The notes: generated by a model not told the origin, from the letters alone. 64,000 nucleotides of DNA from Candidatus Bathyarchaeota archaeon (GCA_963815095.1 CAWFFH010000003.1:192001-256000), one strand, 5' to 3'. Shown: positions 1 through 10,523, numbered from the stretch's first letter. Program-made: numbers and translations.

Positions 1-2592
1 TGATGCGTAGACTGTGTATGCGCCTGCAATGTCTGGTTTCCAGTTGAGGCTGAAGAATCCATCGGTGCTTGTGGTTGTTCCGATGTCTCTAAAGTTGCCG
101 TTTGCATCAACAACACTCAGAGTAATTGGGACACCGGTTGTATTGGTTGGTCTGCCTTTTTGCATGTATACGTATTCCATCCATTGATTTTGGCTTTCGT
201 CAGATACAGCTGGGACTCCTTGTGGGAATCTTGCGGCTTGTTCGTTTTGTTTTGTACCTGCTGAGATGTCTGTGATTGTGCCTTTGATTGTTACGGATGC
301 GCCTAATGTTGCAGCTAAGTCGGGTGCTGTTACAGTCATTGAGGTTGGTCCTTTGCCAAGTGCATATACTTGTCCGTCATAGTTGTTCCAGAATACTACG
401 ACTCCGTCTGCTGTTGCCCAGGTCATTGGGTATGCCCATCCAGCCATGCTCCAGACTTCGGCGCCAGTGGTTGCATTCAGTGCGTGTATGCGTTCGCCTT
501 TGTAGAGTGGAGTATCTGCTGAGTGTTCATGAGTTCCAACGTAAATTTTCCCGTCAGCAATCATACCGATCATTTGAACGAAGTTAGGAATCTTCTCTCC
601 ACCAGATGGATAGATATTTCTCCAGAGTAAACTGCCATCAGCTAAGCTGTAAGCAGAAACTGCTCCAGTATATCCACCAGTATAAAGAATACCATATGCC
701 ATCTTCGTTTGTGTTGCAGAGATCAGGCTTGGCCAAGTAAAGTATCCGTAAGCTTGGAAGTCAGCTTGTGCATCTCCTGTTCCTACTAGGCTTCCATCAT
801 CTATGTTATAGATACGGAAGGTGCAGCTTGGAACTTCGATTGTGACAAAGCGGTGTTCAGATCCGGATGCTCTTTCGAACATTTCGTTCTGATTGGTTGC
901 TGCGTCATCGATTGCAAGGTTCTTCATGTATGTAATATTACCGAATGTGGCTGGTGCGACGCTGATCTTCCAGATAGTTACTGCGTCCGGATATGCGTAG
1001 CTTGGACCGCTTGTGCCTGTTGGCCAAGATCCGTTAGAGCCCCATATGTAGTCACCTACGACACCTGCTCTGATAGTTGGGCTGGTAGTCCATGTAGCGC
1101 CTGTTATTGGGATTCTGTAGAAGTCATATCGGTTAGTTGTGCTTGCGTTAATTTGGTTGGATGATGGATTGCCGCCTGCGCTGATCATTGGGATAACTTT
1201 GGAGGAGTTCCATTGTGATAGGGCATATGATGGATTTGTATTATCGCCAATGTTCGTTAATATGTAGCGTAGGTTTTCGCCTGTTGGTGCATTCAATTCA
1301 AAGCCACTTGGAACGCCTGTTATGTTTAGCCATGGGAATCCACGTTCTGGTTGGTAACCGATTGCGTAGTTGTTGCTGAATAGCCATCCTGGGTTTTGTA
1401 CACCGTGTTCGTTAGGATCATCTTGACTGTAGTAGTAACCGAATTGGAACATGTTTGCTGTTGTGGATACACCTAAGCCGCCTGTGTTTGTTTGGTCTGC
1501 GCCTGTGTTAACTTCGTAGATGAGTTCACCAGTTTTTAGATCGACACAGTCCATAAATGAACTTGAGCCACCGCTTAAGGCGTTGGGTGAGTAGTAGAGT
1601 CTTCCGAACATGATGACTTGGTTTGTCCATCTTGGCTGGTATTGTGAACCAGCGTTGAAGGCGTTACCAACTTGATTACGTGAGAGGTTTGCTCCGCCTA
1701 CTATGCCGTTGTCTTCAGTTGGTCTTGTCCAGAGGATGTGTGGGCTGTTTGGTGTAGTTCCGTCTGCTTGATATCTGTTTTCGCCGCCGCCATTGTCACG
1801 GTCATGTGAGCCACTGAGCCAGTTTGAAGAAACTGTATACCATTGGTCGTTTTCTCCTTCGATTGGTCGTGTCCAGTATTCAGTGGGCATAGATTGGAGT
1901 ATTGGCAAGCCATTGATGTTTACGGGGTCTTGTTGTACTGTGACTGTGAGTGTGTAGTCGCTTGCTAGGAAAGTTGTGCCGTAGTAGTCTGCGCTACCGC
2001 CTTGGTTTGTGCTGTTCCATAGGTATTGTAGTTGGTGGAATTTAACTAGGAAGCTATAGTTCCCTACTTGGTCAGGTGTGTATGCAGTGTAAGTCGAACC
2101 TGTTGAGTCAGAGACGAATTCACCGTTTGCGATTCCTCCTTGACCACCTGCAACGTTCAAATTAGATGATTGACCGGAAGCTGGCAAGTTTTGAGTTGTA
2201 CCGTCTGGTTTTGTGACTACTATGTCGAATGTGTATCGAATTGAGTTAGTTAACAGTGAGCTTGGTGGGACTTGTGGGTTCATCATGATGACGTTGAATG
2301 TTTGGCCGACGCCGACTGGGTTTGGTGATGCAATGCCGAATGTCCATGTTGGGATTTGGTCATGGAATCGAGTCCAAAGCAACAGCCTATTGGCTGAAGC
2401 ATTGGAGTTCATACCATTCCAATACATGCCTGCATCGATTGCTGCAGCAGTAGCATCATTATAGTTAATTCCGTTTCTTACTTCTGCTTTTGCGGTTGGT
2501 ATTTGTTGAAATCCACTAGAGATTGAGATAGCCATTGAAGTTACAAGAATCAGTGTAATTACAATAGCCATAGATTTATTTTTTAGTTGCAT
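1..2592 (-). CDS. Secreted PQQ-like beta-propeller surface protein, paralog 1 (3' end runs off the window)
   Basis: Not in the ORF track; translated by hand in segments. ATG at 2592 after GGAGAAAA; signal peptide MQLKNKSMAIVITLILVTSMAISIS. Shares PNPVGVGQ, GSQYQPRW..VIMFGRLYY, IADGKIYVGTHEHS..PLYKG, NATTG and DANGNFRDIGT..NWKPDIAG with the two upstream paralogs. Confidence 0.88.
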   Translation of the reverse strand, partial: MQLKNKSMAIVITLILVTSMAISISSGFQQIPTAKAEVRNGINYNDATAAAIDAGMYWNGMNSNASANRLLLWTRFHDQIPTWTFGIASPNPVGVGQTFNVIMMNPQVPPSSLLTNSIRYTFDIVVTKPDGTTQNLPASGQSSNLNVAGGQGGIANGEFVSDSTGSTYTAYTPDQVGNYSFLVKFHQLQYLWNSTNQGGSADYYGTTFLASDYTLTVTVQQDPVNINGLPILQSMPTEYWTRPIEGENDQWYTVSSNWLSGSHDRDNGGGENRYQADGTTPNSPHILWTRPTEDNGIVGGANLSRNQVGNAFNAGSQYQPRWTNQVIMFGRLYYSPNALSGGSSSFMDCVDLKTGELIYEVNTGADQTNTGGLGVSTTANMFQFGYYYSQDDPNEHGVQNPGWLFSNNYAIGYQPERGFPWLNITGVPSGFELNAPTGENLRYILTNIGDNTNPSYALSQWNSSKVIPMISAGGNPSSNQINASTTNRYDFYRIPITGATWTTSPTIRAGVVGDYIWGSNGSWPTGTSGPSYAYPDAVTIWKISVAPATFGNITYMKNLAIDDAATNQNEMFERASGSEHRFVTIEVPSCTFRIYNIDDGSLVGTGDAQADFQAYGYFTWPSLISATQTKMAYGILYTGGYTGAVSAYSLADGSLLWRNIYPSGGEKIPNFVQMIGMIADGKIYVGTHEHSADTPLYKGERIHALNATTGAEVWSMAGWAYPMTWATADGVVVFWNNYDGQVYALGKGPTSMTVTAPDLAATLGASVTIKGTITDISAGTKQNEQAARFPQGVPAVSDESQNQWMEYVYMQKGRPTNTTGVPITLSVVDANGNFRDIGTTTSTDGFFSLNWKPDIAGAYTVYAS

Positions 2593-2868
2593 TTTTCTTT
2601 TTTCTCCATTATTTTTTTGGACGAGTCTTTTTATCGCCCAATAGCTTGAAATGGTAACGATCTGAATTAATAAAACTTATGGAAAGTACCCTCTTACGAC
2701 AAGAAAAAGATGGACAAAAAAGCGGCATTTTCATGAATTAATAGGGAATAAAGGCAATATTTTTTAAAAAATACATCTTAAAAGTACAATATTTCTTTAC
2801 AACGTATAAGGAGTCTTTTCCGTTTTCAAATAAAAAAAATAAAAAAGAAGGTTGTTCTTTTGAGATGC

Positions 2869-5475
2869 TTATGGACGTTTGCGAAGCATCAGAAGCGCTA
2901 GTACGATGCCGATAACGATGATGACAACGAATAATCCAGCGATTGCGGGAACAAAGTACACGTCAGCGGCAGATTGCGGCGCAGGTGTAGCAGGGGTAGG
3001 TGTTGGTGCTGCTGGATCAACTGCAAAACTTGTTTCTGCGGATGAGGGATAGTACGAGTTAGATCCTAAGAATGTGGCGATGACAATATATTTGCCTGTT
3101 ATATCAGGCACCCAGTTTAAGCTGTATGAACCACTTGCGTCACTGACGGCTGTACCAATATTTCGAGTGTTGCCATTTGAATCAATGACCTCTATTGATA
3201 CTGGGACACCAATCACGTTGCTTGGCTTTGGTTTCTGCATGTAAACATATGGCATCCAACTGCTTTGGCTTGCGTCAGATACTGCTGGAACACCATTGGG
3301 GAAGTTAGCTTTCTGCGCTTCCTGCTGCGTGCCGGCAGAAGTATCTATCACTGTACCTCGTATCACTAAACCTTGACCTAATGTTACATCTACTAGTGGC
3401 GCTTGAACAGTTGTTTGACTTGGACCTTGACCAACAGCATATATTTGCATGTCATACGCGTTGAGGTAAACGTATTCGCCTGATGCAATGGCTCCGTTTT
3501 GAGCAACGAATGCTCCTCCGTCACCCCATCCGGTAAGAGTCCAGATTTCTTCTCCAGTAGTCGCATTAACACAGCGTATCAACGCTCCCTTGTAGAGAGG
3601 TGTAGTTGGTGAGTGCTCATCGTTGAAGAGGTAGATTTTGCCGTCAGCGATTCCACCTATGAATACCGGTAAGTAAGCCCAAGGTGTGCCAATTGGGACA
3701 GCTGTGCTGTTACCTGCTCCGCCATTGCCATAAGTCCACTCTACTTGGCCTGTAGTATCATTAATTGCTCGCAAGACTCCGCCGTATCCTGAGAAATAGA
3801 GGTTTCCGTAAGCTACGCGATGTGCGCCAGTGTTCTCGGTGTTAACTGAACCTGTGAATGTGTCGAAAGCAAACTGGTCAGGAACTGGTCCCCATATTTG
3901 CTGTCCATTGTCGAGATTATATCCGTATAAGTCCATGGTTTCTTTGATGTACATGTTGAAAACGCGCTGGGTTGGATTAACTGTTTCTGGCCAGACCAAA
4001 ACTGAGGTATCTGAGCCTTCAGGAGTTGTGTAGGTGTTCATCCATAAGAGTTGGCCTAGAGTTTCTGGTTTTAGGCTTATTGCCCAAATTGTGTAGGGGT
4101 TTGCAGTGCCATTGTTCCATCCACCCCATAGAGTGTATCCGGGGTCTCCAATACCAGTGGTACCGTTTATGCCAAGCATTACATCGCCAAGAAACGCATT
4201 TAGAACGACTACGGTTCCTGTCATTCCGTTGCGCCATGGTACGGTAACGTTCCAGTCATAGCGTGCTCCCGTGCTTGCACTTACGTTGGTTGCTATAGTT
4301 GGTGTTGTTCCACTGTTGTCCCAAAGTCTTGATGAGTTCCATTGTGCCAAGGTATAGTTCTGATTTGCAGTTGTTCCCATGTTGGTAAAGACGTATCTTA
4401 GAATTTCACCTTGTGGTCCATATGCTTGGGTGCCTGAAGGAACAGCTGATACATTGAATAGTGAGTTTCCGTTGCGTGGGTCGAATGCTTGTGCAAAGTT
4501 AGCTGAGAATAGTATACCGCTGCCCCAAACGCCTTCTTGATTGGGGGTTTCAAGGTCATAAGTGTAACCAAAGGATAGTGTCGGCATGCCGCTTCTTCGC
4601 CAGATCTCTTGCCCAGTTCTCAGGTTTACGCATACCACGTCGCCTGATTGTGCAGTTTCACCTGATGGTTCGCGATAGAAAAGTCGTCCAGTCATGATTA
4701 TAGGGTTGGGGAATCTTTGGTTATAGGATTGTCCAGTGTAGAATTGTTGCCCTGGCGTTCCAACGTTTTGTCCGCCAACAATTCCTCCGTCTTGGATCGA
4801 TTTTGTCCACATTACGTGTGCACTAGTGGGTGCTGAACCGTCGTTCTGAATGTTTGTGCCTCCAATCTGAGGTGACCCTGTGCCAAGCCAGTTAGATGAT
4901 ATTGAGTACCATAATGTGTTTTGAGCTTCTATGGGGTAGGTCCAGTAGTCGGTTGGAAGTGGATAGCTACCTATAGCTGAAGGTACGGCTTCATTTTGTA
5001 CCGTGAAGGTTGCCGGTTGACTTGTGGCGCCTAGGAAAGTGTCGTTTGTCCAGGTTTGAATTGCAGCCGTGTCATTCCAAATATAAACGGTGTTTGGGTA
5101 ATACAAGACAACGGAGTAGTTTCCAACTTGATCAGCGGTGTAGGTAGTGTAGATTGTTTCAGTCGGGTCAGGAGTGAAGGGACCGCGGGTTTCAACTGAA
5201 CCGTCGGGTTTTGTAATGTTAAGTCTGTAATCTTGCATCCTAATAGTGTTACTGATGGTGGATTGGGGCATTTTTAGGTAAGCCCACATTACGATAAACA
5301 CATTTTGACCAACGCCAACACGGTCGGGTACAGCACTAACATAAGCATAGGTTTGAATGGTCCATGGAGGTGAATGTGCAGTAGTAGTAGGTAAAAGTAC
5401 AGTTGTTGCACTCATCGAAATTATTAGAAACAAAGCAATCAAAATTGCAATATTTTTGTTCTTAACAAGTTGCAT
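2869..5475 (-). CDS. Secreted PQQ-like beta-propeller surface protein, paralog 2, C-terminal TM anchor
   Basis: ORF 2869..5502; likelier start ATG 5475 (MQLVKNKNIA) after GGAGAAAA. Signal peptide, repeated TGxxxW propeller motifs (LRTGQEIW, DTTGQVEW, ATTGEEIW), Pro/Thr linker, TM helix and RKRP tail. Confidence 0.88.
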   Translation of the reverse strand: MQLVKNKNIAILIALFLIISMSATTVLLPTTTAHSPPWTIQTYAYVSAVPDRVGVGQNVFIVMWAYLKMPQSTISNTIRMQDYRLNITKPDGSVETRGPFTPDPTETIYTTYTADQVGNYSVVLYYPNTVYIWNDTAAIQTWTNDTFLGATSQPATFTVQNEAVPSAIGSYPLPTDYWTYPIEAQNTLWYSISSNWLGTGSPQIGGTNIQNDGSAPTSAHVMWTKSIQDGGIVGGQNVGTPGQQFYTGQSYNQRFPNPIIMTGRLFYREPSGETAQSGDVVCVNLRTGQEIWRRSGMPTLSFGYTYDLETPNQEGVWGSGILFSANFAQAFDPRNGNSLFNVSAVPSGTQAYGPQGEILRYVFTNMGTTANQNYTLAQWNSSRLWDNSGTTPTIATNVSASTGARYDWNVTVPWRNGMTGTVVVLNAFLGDVMLGINGTTGIGDPGYTLWGGWNNGTANPYTIWAISLKPETLGQLLWMNTYTTPEGSDTSVLVWPETVNPTQRVFNMYIKETMDLYGYNLDNGQQIWGPVPDQFAFDTFTGSVNTENTGAHRVAYGNLYFSGYGGVLRAINDTTGQVEWTYGNGGAGNSTAVPIGTPWAYLPVFIGGIADGKIYLFNDEHSPTTPLYKGALIRCVNATTGEEIWTLTGWGDGGAFVAQNGAIASGEYVYLNAYDMQIYAVGQGPSQTTVQAPLVDVTLGQGLVIRGTVIDTSAGTQQEAQKANFPNGVPAVSDASQSSWMPYVYMQKPKPSNVIGVPVSIEVIDSNGNTRNIGTAVSDASGSYSLNWVPDITGKYIVIATFLGSNSYYPSSAETSFAVDPAAPTPTPATPAPQSAADVYFVPAIAGLFVVIIVIGIVLALLMLRKRP

Positions 5476-5769
5476 CTTTTTTTCTCCTAAAATGTTATAC
5501 ACATTTTTGTGTACTATTTTTCTTTAGAACAAGAGACAGCAATTTATAGTTTGCTTATATTATCCTTGCCTAAACTCCAAAATATGCGTACCAAATTGTT
5601 ATTTTTGGACTTAATTTTTTTAGCATCTTTAGTGTTGTAAGTAACAAAAATAAATCCGTCACTTGATAAAAATGTCATATTGAATTTGAACTCGCCAAAT
5701 TGAGTTGACATTTCATTATCTATAACAGTCTTTTTATCCTCAAAAAATTCTGCTTAACTTGGATGGTAT

Positions 5770-6171
5770 ATGCCAACAGTTAAGGACATCATGACTAAAG
5801 AAGTCGTAACAATCGACGTATTCAAAAGCGTTTTTGAAGCAGCACAACTCATGTCAAAAGAAGGTTTAGGATGCCTAATAGTCGTTGACAAATTGTTGCC
5901 TGTTGGAATAGTCACCGAACGCGACATAGTTCGAAGAATCGTGGCTAAACGGAGCTCGCCTGATGTTAACGGTTCAGAGATTATGACCAAGACACTCATA
6001 ACAGTTGACCCTGATTCTTCGCTTAAACATGCAGCAAGAATGATGTCAACCAACAAAATAAGACGCCTGCCAATTCTCAAGAACAGTAAACTAGTTGGGA
6101 TAGTAATTTCCTCAGATTTTGTACGAAACGTTGGCAAAAAGACAACCTCCGAAGATATACTAGAAGCTTAG
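5770..6171 (+). CDS. CBS domain pair protein
   Basis: VKDIMTKEVVTI, VGIVTERDIV, IMTKTLITVDPD, IRRLPIL. A shifted frame continues LGRYPTGPVTIGD* to about 6209, so the true end may be later. Confidence 0.9.
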   Translation: MPTVKDIMTKEVVTIDVFKSVFEAAQLMSKEGLGCLIVVDKLLPVGIVTERDIVRRIVAKRSSPDVNGSEIMTKTLITVDPDSSLKHAARMMSTNKIRRLPILKNSKLVGIVISSDFVRNVGKKTTSEDILEA

Positions 6172-6404
6172 GACGTTACCCCACGGGACCAGTAACAATA
6201 GGTGATTAGAAAACAAATCGGTCCAACGGAATTTCAGGATTTTTAGTTTAGAGGTTTACTGAGGCTCTGGATATAGCTTTGGAGAAGATAGAAAATGCAA
6301 ACTATGGCTATTTCGTGAATTTTAACCAGAGCCTTCTCAGCCCTCATTCTTACGCAATTCTTTAATCCCAAAAAAAGGGATGGGAAAGTTGTTTGTTGTT
6401 TTGT

Positions 6405-9173
6405 TTATGCGCGTTTTCGCATCAGTACTAGTGCTACTAGTATGATTACGATTATCAGCGCAACGAATAGGCCTGCGATTGCTGGAACGAAGTATAGGTC
6501 AGCTGGTGATGGTGCTGCTGTAGGTGCTAAGGTTGCGTGTTCAGCGACTGGATCAACTGCGAATGCAGTTGTCGTGGTTGATGGCCAGTAGCCATTGGTT
6601 CCGTGGAAGGTTGCTACGACAGTGTATATGCCGGAAATGTCTGGAGTCCATTGTAAGTTGTATTGACCTGTTGCATCAGTAGTTGCTGTTCCGATGTTGC
6701 GATAGTTTCCGTTAGCATCCATGACATCGATCGTCACTGGGACGCCGAGGAAGTTGCTTGGCAATGGTTTCTGCTGGTAGACGTAACCCATCCATTCGCC
6801 CATGACCGTGTCATTTGCGAGTGGAATACCGTTAGGGAAGCGAGCCGATTGTTCTGCTTGTTTTGAACCTGCTGAGATGTCGTAGACTGAGCCTGTGATG
6901 ACTAATGACTTGCCTAGTTCAATTGATGCTTGTGGTGCTGACACTGAGATTGTGCTTACGCCTCTACCGATTGAGTAGATTTGATTGTCATAGCTGTTGT
7001 ACCATGTTGCGTATCCATCTGCAATTGCATAGCTTTGGGTTGTGAATTCAGTTGTATATGATGATATCGTCCAGAGTTCTTCACCTGTTGTTGCGTTGAG
7101 TGCACGTGCTAAACCGCCTTTGTAGATTGGCATTTCGACAGTGTGCTCTGAAGACACTGTATATACGACGCCGTTGGAGATTGCGTTGACAAATGTTGGG
7201 TAGTGACCTGGAACTTCAAAGCCGCTGTCTGTGCTGTTGCCCATACCGCCGTTACCGTAAGTCCAGAGGAGGTCGCCTGTGGCTGTGTCATAGCAGTAGA
7301 CGATGCCTGCGTATGCGCTGCTGTAATATTTGCCATAAGCAAATGTACCGCCTAAACTGCCTGAGGCTTGGCTGCCGTAGTAGTCAAAGTTGTCTTGTGG
7401 CTGTGTTGTCCAGAGTTTTGCGCCTGTGTCCATGCTGTAGCCGACTAAGGTTTGGGTTTCTCTGAGGTCTTCTACGAAGACGCGGTTAATGGGGTCGATG
7501 CCTTCTTCGAGGACTGTTATGTTGTTTGCTGGTGGGTCATAGTTCTTCATCCATAGGATTTGGCCTAGTGTTTCTGGTTTTAAGCTGACTGCGAAGTATG
7601 TGTATGGAACGAAGCTTAGTGAACCCATGAAGGTTGCTCCTTGTGATGGTAGTGTACCGTTGTAGCATAGCATCATGTCGTTGGGGATTATGCCTACGAC
7701 TGTGGGTGAGTTTGGCATTGTGTTACGCCATGGGATTGAGACGTTCCAGTCAAAGCGGTTCTGTGGGTCTGTAGTGTTAAGGACTCCTCCGTTCACTATG
7801 TATGTGTTGGCGTAGAAGGCTGCAGATGAAGCTGATGGTGGAACACTCATAACAGCTCCGGAATTTATGACTGCTGACGCGTTGATAATTGATGGTGAAA
7901 GTAAGCTGCCGCCTGTGAAGGGGTTTGTTCCGAATGTCCAGAGTTTGGTTGAGTTCCATTCCGCTAGAACCCAGTTTGGACTTGCTGTGGTGCCAAGGTT
8001 TGACATAATGGTTCTTAGTTGTTCACCGTTTGGACCAAGAGTCAATTGATAGTATGATGCTGATGGTACACCTGTAACGTTGAATAAGGCGTTGCCGGTT
8101 GCTGCGTCAAAAAGGCGTCCAAAGTTTGATGTTGATAGGATTGCTGGGAATACACCGTGTTGGTTAGGGTCTTCGTGATCCCAAACTAGAGCAAAGGATA
8201 GTGTTGGTAGGTCTGAACGTGACCAGATGAGTTGTCCTGTTCTTAGATCAACACAGTTTAGTGGGCCCGAGTTTGAGCCTGTGAAGGATATAGGGTCGTT
8301 GTAGTAGATTTTGCCGTTGACTACGATTGGGTTTTGGTATCTTTGGTTGTAGGCTGAGCCTTCGAACCATGCATTGCCGGGGATTGTGAAGTCGTTGCCG
8401 CCGACGATACCGCCGACTTGGTTGCCCATTACTTTAGTCCACATGATGTGTGATGTAAGTGGTCCAACTGCGAAGCCTGGAGTGAATTGTGCGCCGTTAC
8501 CACCCAAGTTATAACTTGCTACGAAGCCGCCGAAGCCTGGTTGACCGGTTCCGAGCCAGTTAGAGCTGATTGTCCACCAGAATGGGTTTTCGCCGTAGAT
8601 TGGGCGTGTCCAAAATTCTTCTGGAAGTGGGTAGCTAATTGGGAAAGTGTCGATAGCGTTTTGTTGGACTGTCAGCGTTGAGACTGATTGACTTGGCAGA
8701 TATGTATCGTTAATCATTGTTGTGATTGGGCTGTGTGGGTAGTCGTTGATAGCTTGTCCTGGGAAGTTAAAAGTTAAGGTATAGGTTCCTGCAATGGTTG
8801 GTGTGAACTGGTAGCTTTGTGATGATGTTGTGTCAATAACTGTATCGAATGTTTTGGTCGTGTTTTCACCATTGGGGTCTGTTATGGTAAGTTTGTAGTT
8901 GTGGAATCGGTAGTCATTGTTGACGGCAGCATAATTGATTGACCCTGCTGGTTCACCAGCAGGATAGTAACCATAAACGCGGTTAAGCCACATATAAATT
9001 AAGGTTGTTTGGCCGACACCGATGGGGTTAGGTAGAGCCTCAATATATGCTACTGTAGGCAGGTCTTGTGATGGTGTGTGTGCTGCTGCGGGTTTTAACA
9101 TTGTTATTGTAGTTGCTGTTGAGATTGCTAACAATAAAATTATTGCTATTGCTGCTTTTTTACCAAAATTCAT
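6405..9173 (-). CDS. Secreted PQQ-like beta-propeller surface protein, paralog 3, C-terminal TM anchor
   Basis: 922 aa; signal peptide ending AAA-HTP; DLRTGQLIW, DTGAKLW, TATGDLLW, NATTGEELW repeats; C-terminus DLYFVPAIAGLFVALIIVIILVALVLMRKRA. Confidence 0.88.
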   Translation of the reverse strand: MNFGKKAAIAIILLLAISTATTITMLKPAAAHTPSQDLPTVAYIEALPNPIGVGQTTLIYMWLNRVYGYYPAGEPAGSINYAAVNNDYRFHNYKLTITDPNGENTTKTFDTVIDTTSSQSYQFTPTIAGTYTLTFNFPGQAINDYPHSPITTMINDTYLPSQSVSTLTVQQNAIDTFPISYPLPEEFWTRPIYGENPFWWTISSNWLGTGQPGFGGFVASYNLGGNGAQFTPGFAVGPLTSHIMWTKVMGNQVGGIVGGNDFTIPGNAWFEGSAYNQRYQNPIVVNGKIYYNDPISFTGSNSGPLNCVDLRTGQLIWSRSDLPTLSFALVWDHEDPNQHGVFPAILSTSNFGRLFDAATGNALFNVTGVPSASYYQLTLGPNGEQLRTIMSNLGTTASPNWVLAEWNSTKLWTFGTNPFTGGSLLSPSIINASAVINSGAVMSVPPSASSAAFYANTYIVNGGVLNTTDPQNRFDWNVSIPWRNTMPNSPTVVGIIPNDMMLCYNGTLPSQGATFMGSLSFVPYTYFAVSLKPETLGQILWMKNYDPPANNITVLEEGIDPINRVFVEDLRETQTLVGYSMDTGAKLWTTQPQDNFDYYGSQASGSLGGTFAYGKYYSSAYAGIVYCYDTATGDLLWTYGNGGMGNSTDSGFEVPGHYPTFVNAISNGVVYTVSSEHTVEMPIYKGGLARALNATTGEELWTISSYTTEFTTQSYAIADGYATWYNSYDNQIYSIGRGVSTISVSAPQASIELGKSLVITGSVYDISAGSKQAEQSARFPNGIPLANDTVMGEWMGYVYQQKPLPSNFLGVPVTIDVMDANGNYRNIGTATTDATGQYNLQWTPDISGIYTVVATFHGTNGYWPSTTTTAFAVDPVAEHATLAPTAAPSPADLYFVPAIAGLFVALIIVIILVALVLMRKRA

Positions 9174-9403
9174 TTTTTTTCATTTTCTCCTTTTTGGTGC
9201 TATTTGAAAGCTCTTGTGGCTTATTTAAAAGTTTTCAAAAGTGACAAAAGAAGTGAACAAAATAGCTTTTAACGCACCAATTATGGCAACAACATAAGAA
9301 AAACAGGGTTGCAAATTTCTTTTTAAGATATCCATAAATAAAAAAGACGTTTTTGCGATTAATTTAAATAGAATGATAAACGCATGGAATCTTCTCGAGG
9401 GAA

Positions 9404-10399
9404 CTGATCTTAACTCCACAAGTCACAGAAACACAAGTAAAAATTCTCAAAGAATTACTATCAGATGGGCGTAAAAGCATCAAAGAAATAGCAAAAAGTA
9501 CGGGACTATCAAAGGCAACTGTTAAGACAAATTACAAAAACTTGGAAGAAACCGGAATAATTACTGGAGCAACAACCCACATCAATTACTATCTTTTTGG
9601 ATACAAAGCAGTAGCCAACATCTTAATCAGCGTTGACTTCAACCAATCTGAACAACTCATTGAGTACTTACGAAAAATGCCAGAAGTTTACGCGGCTGCT
9701 AGCCGGGGACCCAAAGGAGACATCAGTGTTGTCATCATTCTTAAAACGCTGGAACAATTAAACGAAGTAAAAGATCTCATTAAAAGGAATTTTTTGGTCT
9801 TTGAAATGAAAACCGCAATCTGGACCGATGTTAAAGAAATGAATGAAAACGTATCCATAACCCCAGAAAACAGAAAAAGACCGACTGCTGATACCACTAT
9901 AAAGAATTCACAGAAAAAAACTATCACTAAAATAATTAATGTGGATGAAATAGACCAAAAAATCGCTGATAGACTCGCTGAAAACGGACGTATCACCATG
10001 GAGTCTCTTGGAGAACAATTAGGAATTCCAAGTAGATTGGCAGAAAAAAGGTACGAAAAATTAAAGAAAAATGGCTTTTTAAAAGTCACAATTCAAGTTA
10101 ACCCCCAAAAAATTGGATACTGTGGGACATGCGTGTTTTTCACAGTTACATCCCATGAAGATCCATACTCAATTATCGAGAAAATCAAAAACATCCCTGA
10201 CATCATAAGCATTATGAAGACAACGGGAGATTATGATTTACAAATATGGGCAATGATACAAGACTTAAATCAACTGTTTGCAATAAAAGAAAAAGTCGAA
10301 AAAATTCCAGGATTAACCAAAATTGATTTACAGTTAATACAATTCGGAGAAAAATTGGAAAAATGGCCGACACCCAAGCAATACATATCGACTTTTTAG
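9404..10399 (+). CDS. Lrp/AsnC family regulator with duplicated HTH+RAM modules
   Basis: Track ORF starts at 9542, but the frame is open upstream and encodes an AsnC HTH (QVKILKELLSDGRKSIKEIAKSTGLSKATV) back to CTG 9404. Second module VDEIDQKIADRLAENGR...TTGDYDL. Start position is inferred. Confidence 0.85.
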   Translation: MILTPQVTETQVKILKELLSDGRKSIKEIAKSTGLSKATVKTNYKNLEETGIITGATTHINYYLFGYKAVANILISVDFNQSEQLIEYLRKMPEVYAAASRGPKGDISVVIILKTLEQLNEVKDLIKRNFLVFEMKTAIWTDVKEMNENVSITPENRKRPTADTTIKNSQKKTITKIINVDEIDQKIADRLAENGRITMESLGEQLGIPSRLAEKRYEKLKKNGFLKVTIQVNPQKIGYCGTCVFFTVTSHEDPYSIIEKIKNIPDIISIMKTTGDYDLQIWAMIQDLNQLFAIKEKVEKIPGLTKIDLQLIQFGEKLEKWPTPKQYISTF

Positions 10400-10523
10400 A
10401 CAAATCAACTTCCGGACAATTTGCTAAAAATAACCCAAAAAAGGCAGCTTCTTTCCGTCTAATTAACATATATAAGAAATCTTAAATTCCTAAAGCTTAA
10501 TAACATAAAACAAAGGGAAAGCG

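Noticed and set aside
6169-6171. TAG read-through (pyrrolysine) in the CBS gene
   Set aside because: The plausible continuation is in a shifted frame, and no pyl genes are in the window.
288-9207. Many short plus-strand ORFs over the propeller genes (and similar antisense ORFs elsewhere)
   Set aside because: They lie opposite long genes with clear motifs and carry no domain signatures.
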